From the NCBI GenBank assembly GCA_964610875.1, contig CAZSWP010000007.1, positions 36,091-100,090 on the forward strand: DNA of 64,000 nucleotides. Direction: 5' to 3'. Positions 30,595 to 41,226 of the stretch are shown here, in pieces. The stretch comes from an uncultured archaeon. GTDB taxonomy: Archaea > Asgardarchaeota > Thorarchaeia > Thorarchaeales > Thorarchaeaceae. The position numbers were made by a program, and so were the translations under genes. The notes beneath the pieces are model-generated. The model had not been told where the DNA came from and did not search any database. It saw only the letters and a program-made list of their open reading frames with translations. Every line of letters starts with the position of its first letter. The stretch's first letter is position 1.

Positions 30595-31779
30595 CTATGC
30601 AATTTTGAAAGATTTTTGCAACTCCTCCGCACTACTAATTCCTTCTGGACCTAGGGATTGCAGGGTTTTGAGAATCGCTTTCTCTAATGACCACCCTCTC
30701 TGAATTGATAGTTGATAGAATTTCTTCAGTTGAGGTATAAATGAGTAGTTTCGAGTTTGAGTTATTGCATCTAGTATGGGTTCACTTATTCTGACCAAAT
30801 TGGTTAATTGCTGATTGAGGTAGTGGTAAACATTGTAATGTCTTACTCCTCCTATTGCTTTGATAATTTGTTCTAGATTCGTTCTATAGGGACTGGTTTT
30901 GGTCAAGAATGGTTTTAATATTTCATAAGAAGCCGGATGCCCCATCTTTCCTATGGCTTGGATGATTGCTCTACTTATTGAACTGTTCTCTGTACCTTCG
31001 AGACGTTCATGCAACAGGTCTAAGGCACGTGAATCTCCTATATTCCCTAGATAGTTTGCTGCTTTGACTTGACTATGATACCCTCCGATGCATAATGAGA
31101 GAAGATTCCACAATAGTTTCTTTGTGTAATCGGACAATCTCCCGAACAATCTTGGGGACCATCGTATCTGTTTAGAATTCATCTCTATGATTTGACCAAG
31201 TTTTGCTGCTATTTCCTTAATCATTGCAAGTGATTCATTTGAAGCTCTACTACTATCTTCCTTAACCCCTCCAGATGTAAGAATGGTAAACCCATAGTAG
31301 GTTGAGCATATCTCCCCGAATGTAGGTTCACTACTGAGTGACTCTATTTGTCGTTGCCTTATTCTGACGATATCCGGAATCAGTACAGAACATTCAGTTG
31401 TTGATAATTCATCAACATTAAGAAAGAATGTGTTTCCTTTCCTAATCTGATTCTTTAGAATCTCAATTGCCAAAGCCTGAGCCTCATCTCTTAGAGAGTA
31501 AATTGAATCTGACCGCAAATCAGCAAAGTGATCACATAACCCTCCATCAATACCATTCAAGTGATGGAGGTTCAGGATTTCAATCATGGCGTCCCGAACA
31601 ACACCATATCGCAGAGGCATGTCCCATCCACAAATTTTCGCTTCTTCCAGTTGCAACTCTGAAAGATCTGCTATGAAATGACTCCACTGTCCCTCTTCTA
31701 TAAGCTCTGATACATGCTGCAGGAGCTCTGAATATTTCCTGAGCTCTATTAATCGAATTAGATATTCTTCATATTTCAC
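30595..31779 (-). CDS. HEAT (PBS-lyase-like) repeat protein
   Basis: AANYLGNIGDSRALDLL, AIIQAIGKMG, IIKAIGGV repeats. Confidence 0.75.
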   Translation of the reverse strand: MKYEEYLIRLIELRKYSELLQHVSELIEEGQWSHFIADLSELQLEEAKICGWDMPLRYGVVRDAMIEILNLHHLNGIDGGLCDHFADLRSDSIYSLRDEAQALAIEILKNQIRKGNTFFLNVDELSTTECSVLIPDIVRIRQRQIESLSSEPTFGEICSTYYGFTILTSGGVKEDSSRASNESLAMIKEIAAKLGQIIEMNSKQIRWSPRLFGRLSDYTKKLLWNLLSLCIGGYHSQVKAANYLGNIGDSRALDLLHERLEGTENSSISRAIIQAIGKMGHPASYEILKPFLTKTSPYRTNLEQIIKAIGGVRHYNVYHYLNQQLTNLVRISEPILDAITQTRNYSFIPQLKKFYQLSIQRGWSLEKAILKTLQSLGPEGISSAEELQKSFKIA

Positions 31780-31881
31780 ACTAAAGCCCCCATACTCTAA
31801 CTATCAGGTAGGTTTTTCCTCTATATCAATTCCACTGTCATTTCGATAATCTCTTAGGCAGGTATTTTCGGTGACAGAGAT

Positions 31882-32793
31882 ATGCAGGTTTCTCCAGAAG
31901 TACTCATAGGGTCAACAGCAGGTATCATCGGCTCTGCGCTATATGCTATTTCTGTAGTTATTTATCGCTCTCAGAGTGAAGGTATCAGACCCTTGGCAAT
32001 CAGTTCGGTCAAGATGTGGATTGCACTTCCGGTAATGGCTGCATTGTTACTTATTCCTGGAATTCCCTCTCCCCTGTTAATTTCCCTTGAATCGACGATT
32101 CTTTTAGTTCTTTCAATTACATTGGGTGCTGTTATCGGTGATACTGTATATTTGATAAGTCAAGAAAGAATAGGCGTGTCGTACGCTTTTCCTATAGCTA
32201 TGTCCTTCCCTATACTAACTTACTTTCTAACTATAGTTTTCCTAAATGAAGCATTCATCATCACGCGTCTCATTGGTGTTTTCATAGCTGTTGCAGGAGT
32301 CATACTCATATCAAGAGAACAATCGGTCTATGATGAAACTGAAGAGATTGACCTGAAAAGGAGTTTTGACATGATTGGTGTTTTTCTTGCAATCATCACA
32401 GCAATTTTGTATGCTGTAGGAACCACAATCCTACAAGTAGGAATGGAAGGTGTTGATTCCGTATCAGGAAATTTCATCAGAGTGCTTGCTGGGTCTGTTG
32501 CTTTTGTTCCACTGTATTTGGGTGCAAAAAAGAATGGCATGAATCACCCATCAAAAAGAGCTCTTAAATTAGTAGCAGTCGCAGGATTCTTTGGAATGGG
32601 TATCGGATCAGTACTCTATGTTTTTGCAGTTAAGTACGCTGGAGCTGCAATAATGTCTGTGATTGCATCAAGTGCCCCTCTCTATGCAATCCCCGTTTCC
32701 GTTTTCTATTTGAAGGAGAGAATAACCAAATTAGCTGGCATAGGTGTTATGATGACGGTAATTGGTGTAATTTTAGTTATTCTAGGAATATAG
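31882..32793 (+). CDS. EamA/DMT family transporter
   Basis: Two EamA halves ending FLNE and YLKERIT; about 10 TM. Confidence 0.9.
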   Translation: MQVSPEVLIGSTAGIIGSALYAISVVIYRSQSEGIRPLAISSVKMWIALPVMAALLLIPGIPSPLLISLESTILLVLSITLGAVIGDTVYLISQERIGVSYAFPIAMSFPILTYFLTIVFLNEAFIITRLIGVFIAVAGVILISREQSVYDETEEIDLKRSFDMIGVFLAIITAILYAVGTTILQVGMEGVDSVSGNFIRVLAGSVAFVPLYLGAKKNGMNHPSKRALKLVAVAGFFGMGIGSVLYVFAVKYAGAAIMSVIASSAPLYAIPVSVFYLKERITKLAGIGVMMTVIGVILVILGI

Positions 32794-32797
32794 AAAA

Positions 32798-33739
32798 TTA
32801 CTGAGGTGCTGGACTCAACTGGACATATGTTTCAAATATTTCATTTTTTCTTTGAAAATTAACAAGCATCTTACTCTCAACTTTTCTTCGCATAACCATC
32901 TTTCGTAAGTCTTCCATTCCCTTAATCTTCTCATTATCAATCATTAAAACAACATCACCTGGTTCAAGCCCTGCCTTTGCAGCTGGTCCTTCAGGTACCT
33001 GAACTAACAGGGCACCATGGTCAACAGTTAATCGGTAATGAGATGCAATCCCCTTGTTTAGAGTAACACCTATGACACCAATCCATGGTGTTTGAATTGT
33101 CCCCGTTTCAACAAGTTCGTTGAAGGATTCCTTTACTGCAGTTACACCAATTGCAAATCCTATTCCTCTTGACCAAGGAATCATCGCTGTAGGAACGCCA
33201 ATCAACTTCCCTTGTGAGTCTACTAAAGCTCCACCTGAATTTCCTGGATTAATCTGAGCAGAAGTTTGTATCAAACTTTCAAGGAATGTTTCTTGGCTTT
33301 GAATTGTTCTGTCCTTTGCACTGACCATGCCATAGGTTACTGTTGTTCCAAGACCTAGCGGATTTCCTACAGCTATTGCAAATTGACCAACCTTCAAATT
33401 CTCAGAATCACCAAGTTCAATGGGTTGAAGATCATCCGCATCGATTTTCAAAATGGCGAGGTCTCTGACCTTTGATTGTCCCACTACTACAGCTTTGTAT
33501 GTCCTACCATCATATAGATGAACCTCTACATCGCGAGCGGCGTCAATAACATGTGCATTCGTAACAATAAACCCTTCATCTATTAGGATTACCCCTGAAC
33601 CTTGTCCCTTTACAGGTACGACTCGTGAGAGGTGTATACGAGCCAATGTGGTCGTTGATACACTCACTACCGAGGGAATCACTCTTTCTACGACTTCAAC
33701 AAATATTCTTTCTAATTCTTGCAGCATAAAACCCCACAT
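32798..33739 (-). CDS. HtrA/DegP-like serine protease with PDZ domain
   Basis: TNAHV, DLAILK, GNSGG triad; PDZ PAAKAGLEPGDV. Confidence 0.93.
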   Translation of the reverse strand: MWGFMLQELERIFVEVVERVIPSVVSVSTTTLARIHLSRVVPVKGQGSGVILIDEGFIVTNAHVIDAARDVEVHLYDGRTYKAVVVGQSKVRDLAILKIDADDLQPIELGDSENLKVGQFAIAVGNPLGLGTTVTYGMVSAKDRTIQSQETFLESLIQTSAQINPGNSGGALVDSQGKLIGVPTAMIPWSRGIGFAIGVTAVKESFNELVETGTIQTPWIGVIGVTLNKGIASHYRLTVDHGALLVQVPEGPAAKAGLEPGDVVLMIDNEKIKGMEDLRKMVMRRKVESKMLVNFQRKNEIFETYVQLSPAPQ

Positions 33740-33801
33740 AGTTAACTATATTAAATAAGTATAATAAATTGATGATAGGTACATCCTCTCTTAATTGGTA
33801 T

Positions 33802-36048
33802 TCAGGAATTGGTTTTTTCTTTTATTGGTAGCCAGATTACGAATCTTGCGCCTTTTTCCGGAGTATCTTCAATCCGGTCTTCAACAGCCACAGTGCCACC
33901 ATATTTCTCAATAATCTGTCCTGATTGATGAAGTCCTACACCTCCAAATCTTCTAGACATATCAAAGAGCTGTTTCTTTCTAATATCAGAAATTCCCGGT
34001 CCATCATCGGCAATCGATATGGTGTAGCCTTTGTTTTCTTTTGTTAATTGCACCCAGATATTCTTCTTTTCCTTAGGATTATGTTCAATAGCATTCATTA
34101 GAAAATTGGTGATCATGAGCTCTAAGAATTCATCTGCTAGAACTAGTGTTTCAGCCTCTATCAAGTCAAGATGAAATTCTACATTCTGTGTTCTTGTATC
34201 TAACGCTGAAACACACATCTCAATGGCTTCTCTTAGCGATCTTTCGGATAAGGGAGCTGCAAGTAGATGTTCGGTTGCTTTTACTTCCTCAATCAATCTT
34301 GAACATCGTTGTACAGATTCTTCAATCACTTTAAGAAATGAATCCTTTACACTTTCATCAGTGGCATTCTTCAAAAGGGTCGCACTATTCATTATTACCT
34401 GCATCTGATTCCTAATGTCATGTCCCATAAGGTCAAGATACAATTTAGCACGATCTTTCTCTGTCCTAAGGTCTACTTCAACTCTCCTCCTATCAGATAC
34501 ATCAATAAGTACTGTTTGTATGGCTGTTTCACCTTGATATTCAATTGTGGTTGTATATGTTTCAACCCACAAACTCGTTCCATCTTTTTTGAGTAGTCTA
34601 TATTGGTGTCTAGGAGTGAGTGTCTGTCCGTCAATTCTGGCTTGAATTCTCTCACGAAGCTGTTTTCTATCATCTGGATGAACTAGTTTCTCCCAAATTT
34701 CCTCAAAATTCATTGACATCAGTTCATCTACTGAACGTCCCACCATTGATGCGAACGTTTGATTGACATAAACAAAACCTTCATCTGTTAAAAGATTCAT
34801 GCCTTGTAGGGAATACTCTGCAAGAGCTCTATACTTCTCCTCAGACCTCTTGATTTTCTCACGTGATGAATGAAGCTTCATCTCTGCGAGTTTTCTATCA
34901 GTGATATCAATAACAATGACTTGGACTGCTCTAGCTCCCTCGTACTCGATTACTTTCGAGAATGCTTCGACCCACTTGACATGACCCTCCTTGCTAACAA
35001 ATCGATATTGATAGGGCGTTGGAACAGGTCGTCCTTCCTTTCGGTCATCTGCTATTTGTAATAGGAAATCCTTGTCATCTGGATGCACCAAATTCCATGC
35101 ATCCTCAGGGTTCATTTTCATTATTTCCTCAGGAGTATAACCTAACATCAAAGCGAATGCTTTGTTTACGAATGCATACCTTTCGGCTTGGATTACAGTT
35201 ATTCCTTGCAGTGATTCTTCAACAAGAGTTCTATAGTTTTCTTTTGCCTCTTCTAGACCTCTCTCCACTTCTCTGATATCACTCAAGTCATCAAAAGCAA
35301 TAAGGACTTCAGTCACCTCTCTATCATCGTTAGTAATAGGATTTATTCTGTACCGAATTTGTAGTGTTTTCCCCCATGATGTTTTGTATTGTCCTTCTTC
35401 TGTGCAACTCATACTATTTTCGATACAATCCTTCATATTCTCCAAGAGTCGGATTTTTTGAAGAGGTTTGTATTCTAGTAGATTGATTTTTTTGATTTCT
35501 TCTACATTCGAAAAGCCAATTATTTCTAGAGCTGTTTTGTTTATGCTGAGAATATTTCCTTTGATATCGGTATGAACGATTCCAATTGGGGTTTCATGAA
35601 AGAGTGTTTTGTATCGCTCCTCGCTGTTTTTAAGCTCCTCTTCTATCTGCTTTCTCCTTCTGATATCAGTAATGACGGCAAAAGATCCTCTGTGATTTCC
35701 TTTTTCATCAGTGAGTGGAGCTCCAGATACAATTGTTGGTATCTGTTCTCCATTTTTCGCTGTCCATGATAATTCATATTGTGTAGATTTTCCTTCTCTG
35801 CGCTCTCTGACATTATGTTCAAGAATCTGTTTGTTTTCTTCGTTAAGAAAGAAATAGATTGATTTCCCTATTGCTTCCTCTGATGTGTAACCTAGGAGTT
35901 CTCCAAACATTTTGTTTACATAGGTGAAAACATTTTCAGTGTCAACAATGCCAAAGGCAGGGTGCATCGAATCAACAAGTTCTCTATATTGTAGAACGTC
36001 GTCACCACCGTTTTTCCTTGATTGTTTAATTCCGTCTTCATTATCCAT
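33802..36048 (-). CDS. PAS-domain histidine kinase (about 4 PAS)
   Basis: MGHDIRN, NAIEHN, DDGPGI, RRFGGVGLHQ. Confidence 0.92.
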   Translation of the reverse strand: MDNEDGIKQSRKNGGDDVLQYRELVDSMHPAFGIVDTENVFTYVNKMFGELLGYTSEEAIGKSIYFFLNEENKQILEHNVRERREGKSTQYELSWTAKNGEQIPTIVSGAPLTDEKGNHRGSFAVITDIRRRKQIEEELKNSEERYKTLFHETPIGIVHTDIKGNILSINKTALEIIGFSNVEEIKKINLLEYKPLQKIRLLENMKDCIENSMSCTEEGQYKTSWGKTLQIRYRINPITNDDREVTEVLIAFDDLSDIREVERGLEEAKENYRTLVEESLQGITVIQAERYAFVNKAFALMLGYTPEEIMKMNPEDAWNLVHPDDKDFLLQIADDRKEGRPVPTPYQYRFVSKEGHVKWVEAFSKVIEYEGARAVQVIVIDITDRKLAEMKLHSSREKIKRSEEKYRALAEYSLQGMNLLTDEGFVYVNQTFASMVGRSVDELMSMNFEEIWEKLVHPDDRKQLRERIQARIDGQTLTPRHQYRLLKKDGTSLWVETYTTTIEYQGETAIQTVLIDVSDRRRVEVDLRTEKDRAKLYLDLMGHDIRNQMQVIMNSATLLKNATDESVKDSFLKVIEESVQRCSRLIEEVKATEHLLAAPLSERSLREAIEMCVSALDTRTQNVEFHLDLIEAETLVLADEFLELMITNFLMNAIEHNPKEKKNIWVQLTKENKGYTISIADDGPGISDIRKKQLFDMSRRFGGVGLHQSGQIIEKYGGTVAVEDRIEDTPEKGARFVIWLPIKEKTNS

Positions 36049-36194
36049 TATTGATACCTCGATGACGACATTATTATGTGCGTTCCTATCACATAGGTCC
36101 TATTCATCTTTTTGGGGAGCGCTTCTGTTTCATTATACAAACCACAAGATATTCATTTGCCATACGCATTCATTATTAGTTCAAGGACTAGTAG

Positions 36195-36500
36195 ATGAGA
36201 TATTCTGACGATTGAATTTGGATTGGAAACTTATCAGCACGAAGAGCTCGGCTGACTCCCGAACGAGAGGCTTTTCTTGATAACACTACTGGTGTTAGAT
36301 ATTCATACCAAAATATATATGAACGGGCAAATAAACTGGTTAATCTCTTGAGAGCGAATGGGAATGAGAAGGATGATTGAGTAGGTGTGTACGCAAAGAG
36401 TTGTTTCGAGTTCTTTGACTTTTTCTTTGCAACCGGAATACTCGGTGCGATAATGGTTCCCTTCAATATTAGGATAGCATCAAGGGAAACGCGAAATTAA
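36195..36500 (+). pseudogene. N-terminal remnant of an AMP-forming acyl-CoA synthetase
   Basis: Hand translation MRYSDD*IWIGNLSARRARLTPEREAFLD...YERANKLVNLLRANGNEKDD*VGVYAKSCFEFFDFFFATGILGAIMVPFNIR; two in-frame TGA, truncated. Confidence 0.8.
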
Positions 36501-36567
36501 TCAAAGGAACGTGTATACAAATTGATAAGAAAATTTCATCAACTAAATAGTTTCTATCTAGTGAGAA

Positions 36568-39510
36568 TTATTGTAGATTTTTCTCAGCCTTGGGAATACT
36601 GACACAAAATTTAGCGCCTTTATTATGGTCGTTTGGAACTCTATCTTCAACCCAAACTGCACCATCATAGTGTCTTACTATTCTTCTGACCAGCGTCAGT
36701 CCAATTCCTGATCCTGTTGTTCTTCCCTTCTCTAAACGAGTGAAAATTTCACGCTTTCGTTCATCCGGAATACCTGGTCCCGTATCTTCAATTGTGACCG
36801 TGAGAAAGTCTGGTTTTCCTGAATCTTGGACATCAATCCTAATCTCTACAATTTCTTTTGTGTCGTATTTGATTGCATTGTGAATGAGATTATAGAATAA
36901 CTCAATTATGAACTCGTCAGCCAGAATATCGAAATGTTCCTTTTCAAAACCAAATTGTACTCTTACTTTTTTACTTGGGAACGCACGTTCTGCCAGCCAA
37001 ATTGATTGTGAAATTGCATCATATAAGCTGAATCGTTGCAGTTCAGATTCTCTCTTCTCAATCCTAGATAATTTTCTAACGTTAGCAATCAAATCTATTG
37101 CCTTAATGACTTGACTAAGTGCGGCTTCTGTCATTTGTCTGGTATTTGGAATAATTCTTGTTTCTCTAAGAATGAGTTCGAGACTTACAAGAATTCCTTG
37201 ATGGATATTATTCAGATCATGAGCCATGAGGTCTGTAAAGAATTCAGCTCGAGCTCTCTCTTCAACAAGTGCTAGTCGAGTGTTATGTAGTTCTGTGATA
37301 TCCCTAAGAGTTGAGAGATGAACCTCGTTATCGCCATACTGGACCTTGTCAATATTGAGGAGCACTTCCAATTGTGACCCATTCTTTCTCTGAAGTGTTA
37401 CTCGTCTGTTTCTCAATCGACCTTCTCTTTCTATGGTTTCCATATGCATTAGTCGTTCTTCTGGATTTACATATGTATCCGCAGCAGTTAGCTGTTTTAG
37501 TTCTTCAAGTTGGTATCCTAGTAATTCGCAGAGATGCTGATTTCCATCCAAGATTTTTCCATCCAAATCTGTTACGCCAATCCCTACCGGTGAGAAATTA
37601 AACAGACTTCGATACTTTTCTTCTTCTTCTCTTAGTCCTTCAATTGCTCTCTCTTTCTCACTCACATCTCTAATAAGTGATTGATATCCAACAGGGTGAC
37701 CGAATTCATCCCTCAATAGGGTGTTTGTGATATGTAAATGTCTAGTAGAACCTTCCTTCCTTAAACCTAGTATGTCAATACTTATAGGATCATAGACTGA
37801 AAAACCTGTTTCAAAATCTCTAGCTATTCTCTTTCTTTCATCCGGATGTACAAGATTGATGAAATTCATACCAACTAATTCTTCTATGGAATAACCAAAG
37901 AGGTCTGAAGCTTTTTCACTAGCCATTGTTATTTTTCCATCAGCAGCCGTTTTGAAGAGAGCATCAGGGAGATTCTCGTAAAGAAGACGATAGTCCTCTT
38001 CACTCTCTCTCAATGCTAATTCAGTTTCATATCTCTCAGTAATATTGCGTATTATGGTAATAATCTGCTCCGTTTGTTGATTCCTAATAATCGGTATCTT
38101 CCTAACTTCAGTGATTACTTTTGCTCCCATTAATTCATTAGATTCAATAACAACCATCGGTTTTCCTTCGGCAAATACTTGCTGATATTCGACAACAGAT
38201 TTGTCAGATAGAAATGGGAATGCATCCTTTACGTGCTTACCAACTATGCTGCTATCAAAACCTAATTCGTTCATCCAATCAACTAGTGGTTTATTCTGAA
38301 GAACAATGTTCATTTCTCTATCAATCAGTTGTATAGCATCAACCATTGAGTCAAGGGTTTCTCTATATAGTTTCTCTGAATTTTCTAGTGCAATCTGTGC
38401 AATCTTTTCATCGGTAATCTCTCGGGTCACCTCAACCAAACCAATAAGATTTCCAAAATCATCATGTATGGGATTTCCTCTGATTAGCCACACTCGACCA
38501 TCTGGAGTCGTTATTTCATTGACTTCATTCTTCCCACTCTTGGCTGCTTTAATGATAGGACAACCATCACACGGTTCATCCCTTGAATGCCATAATTCAT
38601 AACAGTGAAGACCCACGATCTGTTGAGGATCCATTCCCAGAGAATCGGCTGCTGCACTATTTGTCCAGACAATCTCCATTCCTGTGTCCTTGTAGAAGTT
38701 AATGTGTTCTCCAATATTGTCAAGAATGATAGATTTATCACGTTCGCTTCTTTCCAGCGCTTCATGTGCTTTTTTCTTCTCGGTAATATCTTCTGTAACA
38801 AGAAGAATTAGATTATCTGCAGTCTTAGTCAGAGTGCATTCAACCCAAAGCTCATGATGCTTCCCTTGTCCACCAAATTTTACTATTCTTCTACTTATGT
38901 TTCCGCTTTTTAGTACCTCATGAGCCATTTCAACTATTTCTGGAGCTGATGAGAATACATCTTCAACAGTGCGACCGATTGATTTGTTAATTCCGCCAGA
39001 TGTCATCGAATATATCGTTCTGTTAGCATTCAGAACATATATGGAGCCATCATCTCGACTTTCGAGTATATATGCTGGGTCTGGAATGCCCTCGAAGGTT
39101 CTACGTAATTTTTCTTCACTCTCTCTTACAACAGCTTCTGACCTGACTCTCTCTGTTATATCACGAAGCACTCCTACATAACAAGAAATCTTATTGTCAT
39201 CATATATGACAAAGGCTGAGAGCTCGGTATAGAATTCCAGTCCGTTTTTAGATCGAATTTTTACTTCTCCTTGATATATGCCATCTGAATCCAGTGTACG
39301 GATTAGAAACTCTAATGTCGAATCATCGAAAAGAAAGGACACATATTTACCAATGATCTCATCGTCAGGAAAACCAAGCATTTCTCGGCTAGCGTTATTC
39401 TGTTCAATGAAAATGCCCTCTTTATCCAAAATGAAAATTGCATTTGTAGAGTTATTGAATATCTCGCGATAGAGATGCTGATTTTCGACATGTGTATCTC
39501 TATCACTCAA
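36568..39510 (-). CDS. PAS-domain histidine kinase (about 6 PAS)
   Basis: MAHDLNN, NLIHNAIKY, DTGPGI, GSGIGL; one PAS with HCYELW..CDGCP. Confidence 0.93.
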   Translation of the reverse strand: MSDRDTHVENQHLYREIFNNSTNAIFILDKEGIFIEQNNASREMLGFPDDEIIGKYVSFLFDDSTLEFLIRTLDSDGIYQGEVKIRSKNGLEFYTELSAFVIYDDNKISCYVGVLRDITERVRSEAVVRESEEKLRRTFEGIPDPAYILESRDDGSIYVLNANRTIYSMTSGGINKSIGRTVEDVFSSAPEIVEMAHEVLKSGNISRRIVKFGGQGKHHELWVECTLTKTADNLILLVTEDITEKKKAHEALERSERDKSIILDNIGEHINFYKDTGMEIVWTNSAAADSLGMDPQQIVGLHCYELWHSRDEPCDGCPIIKAAKSGKNEVNEITTPDGRVWLIRGNPIHDDFGNLIGLVEVTREITDEKIAQIALENSEKLYRETLDSMVDAIQLIDREMNIVLQNKPLVDWMNELGFDSSIVGKHVKDAFPFLSDKSVVEYQQVFAEGKPMVVIESNELMGAKVITEVRKIPIIRNQQTEQIITIIRNITERYETELALRESEEDYRLLYENLPDALFKTAADGKITMASEKASDLFGYSIEELVGMNFINLVHPDERKRIARDFETGFSVYDPISIDILGLRKEGSTRHLHITNTLLRDEFGHPVGYQSLIRDVSEKERAIEGLREEEEKYRSLFNFSPVGIGVTDLDGKILDGNQHLCELLGYQLEELKQLTAADTYVNPEERLMHMETIEREGRLRNRRVTLQRKNGSQLEVLLNIDKVQYGDNEVHLSTLRDITELHNTRLALVEERARAEFFTDLMAHDLNNIHQGILVSLELILRETRIIPNTRQMTEAALSQVIKAIDLIANVRKLSRIEKRESELQRFSLYDAISQSIWLAERAFPSKKVRVQFGFEKEHFDILADEFIIELFYNLIHNAIKYDTKEIVEIRIDVQDSGKPDFLTVTIEDTGPGIPDERKREIFTRLEKGRTTGSGIGLTLVRRIVRHYDGAVWVEDRVPNDHNKGAKFCVSIPKAEKNLQ

Positions 39511-39592
39511 CGCGTTTCTCTCACAATTATTGCATCGTGGTTGTTTTATCCACCCAATAATGTCATAGGGAGTAAATATAATGGTTTTTTCA

Positions 39593-40196
39593 ATGTACTA
39601 CGGCATAGAATCTTTTTGCAGGAATTCAGGTACTTTTTCATTGGATTCAATAGTGTGATCGAGAATTACCAGAGTTTGGACACAGTGGACGATATTCTTC
39701 TCATTACTTACTCTAATGACATTCGAATACTGGCCATGGAATAAAGCAGGAAAGCAACCCTACATAGGGATTCTTGCATTTATTGTGTACCGCCTTAGGT
39801 TACTTATTCCTAATTGTTGGTGGATACATTGTGACATTCTTGGCGTTACCAGTAGTTATTGCCTTAGGCTTCACTGGCGATCCGATACTTGGAATAGGAT
39901 ACATGAATATTGCATTAGCGGATTGGTTGATTGTCGGAGTCATCGATGTATCATTGATGATGGATAATTGGCCAAAAGGTTACTCACAAGGAATGAACTT
40001 CTTGGTTCGTTTAGTCTTGATAGTATTGCTTGCTATTGCATACTTCTGGGGATACTATATAATATCGCCTCTTCTATTTCTGTCTACAAATCCATTGATT
40101 AATTCGCCCACAGCATTCATCATTGTGATGCTCTGGTTGCAGTTAATCTTTGCATATCTATGGAGAAGATGGCCTATCTTCCAAGAAATGAAATAA
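39593..40196 (+). pseudogene. degraded membrane transporter-like gene with repeated WP motifs
   Basis: EYWPWNKAGKQPYIG frame joins CTALGY...DNWP...RRWP frame if TG is restored near 39785; in-frame TGA at 39656. Confidence 0.5.
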
Positions 40197-40301
40197 CACA
40201 GATTGGAGGGTTTCAAGACCCTCATCATTTCTTTTTCTAGCAAAATAGCTCAATCAGTTCGTCAACACTATCCACTTAAGGGAAGGTTGTAACGATAATC
40301 T

Positions 40302-41222
40302 TTGAGGCTGGAGGCCATGGTAGCAGAGCCAAGGGAAGATGTGATGCCCGTCATACATTTATCGGTAAGGATATCCAAACCGATTGATGAGGTCTGGGAG
40401 GAGTTTCTAGATCCTGTCATCATGACACAGTGGTTAGGAAATGAGATTAGTGCTGATATGTCTGAAGGAGGTGTAGTAAGATTCTCAGGTGAAAATGCTC
40501 CTACAAACTCTGAAATTGAGAATCGTTGGCACCTCAAGAAGTACCGTGAACCTCGCGCAATTCTATTCAGTTGGGGTATCTTGGGCGTTGACACATTGTT
40601 TGTATTGCGCTTTGTTCCAATTCCAACAGGAACACTAATGGATGTAAAACATGGCGCGATTCCAGAAGCCGCAAAACAGCTATGCCTGGCTGATCATTGG
40701 AACATCCTGATGGCTAATTTCAAATCTGTTGTTGAACTAAGTGAACCCGCTTTAAGATTCAATTATACTAACTATCATCCCCTTCGAACCACTCGTTACG
40801 ACCCAGAGGAAGTGAGAGTCAGTATTCTAATCAAAGCACCTCGCATTTTAGTATTCGACGTATGGACCAATCCTGAGAAGCTAAAACATTTTGTACGTGC
40901 TGAAAAACCTCAAGTTCATAAGCAATATGCAGGTCTGTACACATGGTGGGCTGAAGGTAAAGGTCCTTTGATATTCCATAAACTAAAACAGGATGAAGAA
41001 ATAGAATTCACATGGGTTTACGGGGATGAGTTCGAAACCAAAATCAACATCCGTTTTGAGGATGTAGAAGGTAATACTCTTGTAAGTCTTCATCACTTTG
41101 GTTTCAGAGAACCTGAGGATGTCATAGGTTATGATGTTGCATGGACTTCTATTCTTGCTGAATTGAAACTCGTCTGTGAGTTAGGAGAATCTGGAATTCA
41201 GAGAATGATTGAATGGAAATAA
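40302..41222 (+). CDS. tandem SRPBCC (AHSA1/START-like) domain protein
   Basis: Two repeats (VWEEFLDP..WL / VFDVWTNPEKL), each ending in a W-containing helix; start probably ATG 40317. Confidence 0.85.
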   Translation: MRLEAMVAEPREDVMPVIHLSVRISKPIDEVWEEFLDPVIMTQWLGNEISADMSEGGVVRFSGENAPTNSEIENRWHLKKYREPRAILFSWGILGVDTLFVLRFVPIPTGTLMDVKHGAIPEAAKQLCLADHWNILMANFKSVVELSEPALRFNYTNYHPLRTTRYDPEEVRVSILIKAPRILVFDVWTNPEKLKHFVRAEKPQVHKQYAGLYTWWAEGKGPLIFHKLKQDEEIEFTWVYGDEFETKINIRFEDVEGNTLVSLHHFGFREPEDVIGYDVAWTSILAELKLVCELGESGIQRMIEWK

Positions 41223-41226
41223 GTAA

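Noticed and set aside
36188-36466. 92-aa ORF on the - strand
   Set aside because: Antisense shadow of the acyl-CoA synthetase remnant
36195-36500. In-frame TGA codons as selenocysteine or recoding
   Set aside because: They do not fall at Cys positions (one replaces the Arg of GDRV), the gene is also truncated, and TGA is a normal stop in many genes here
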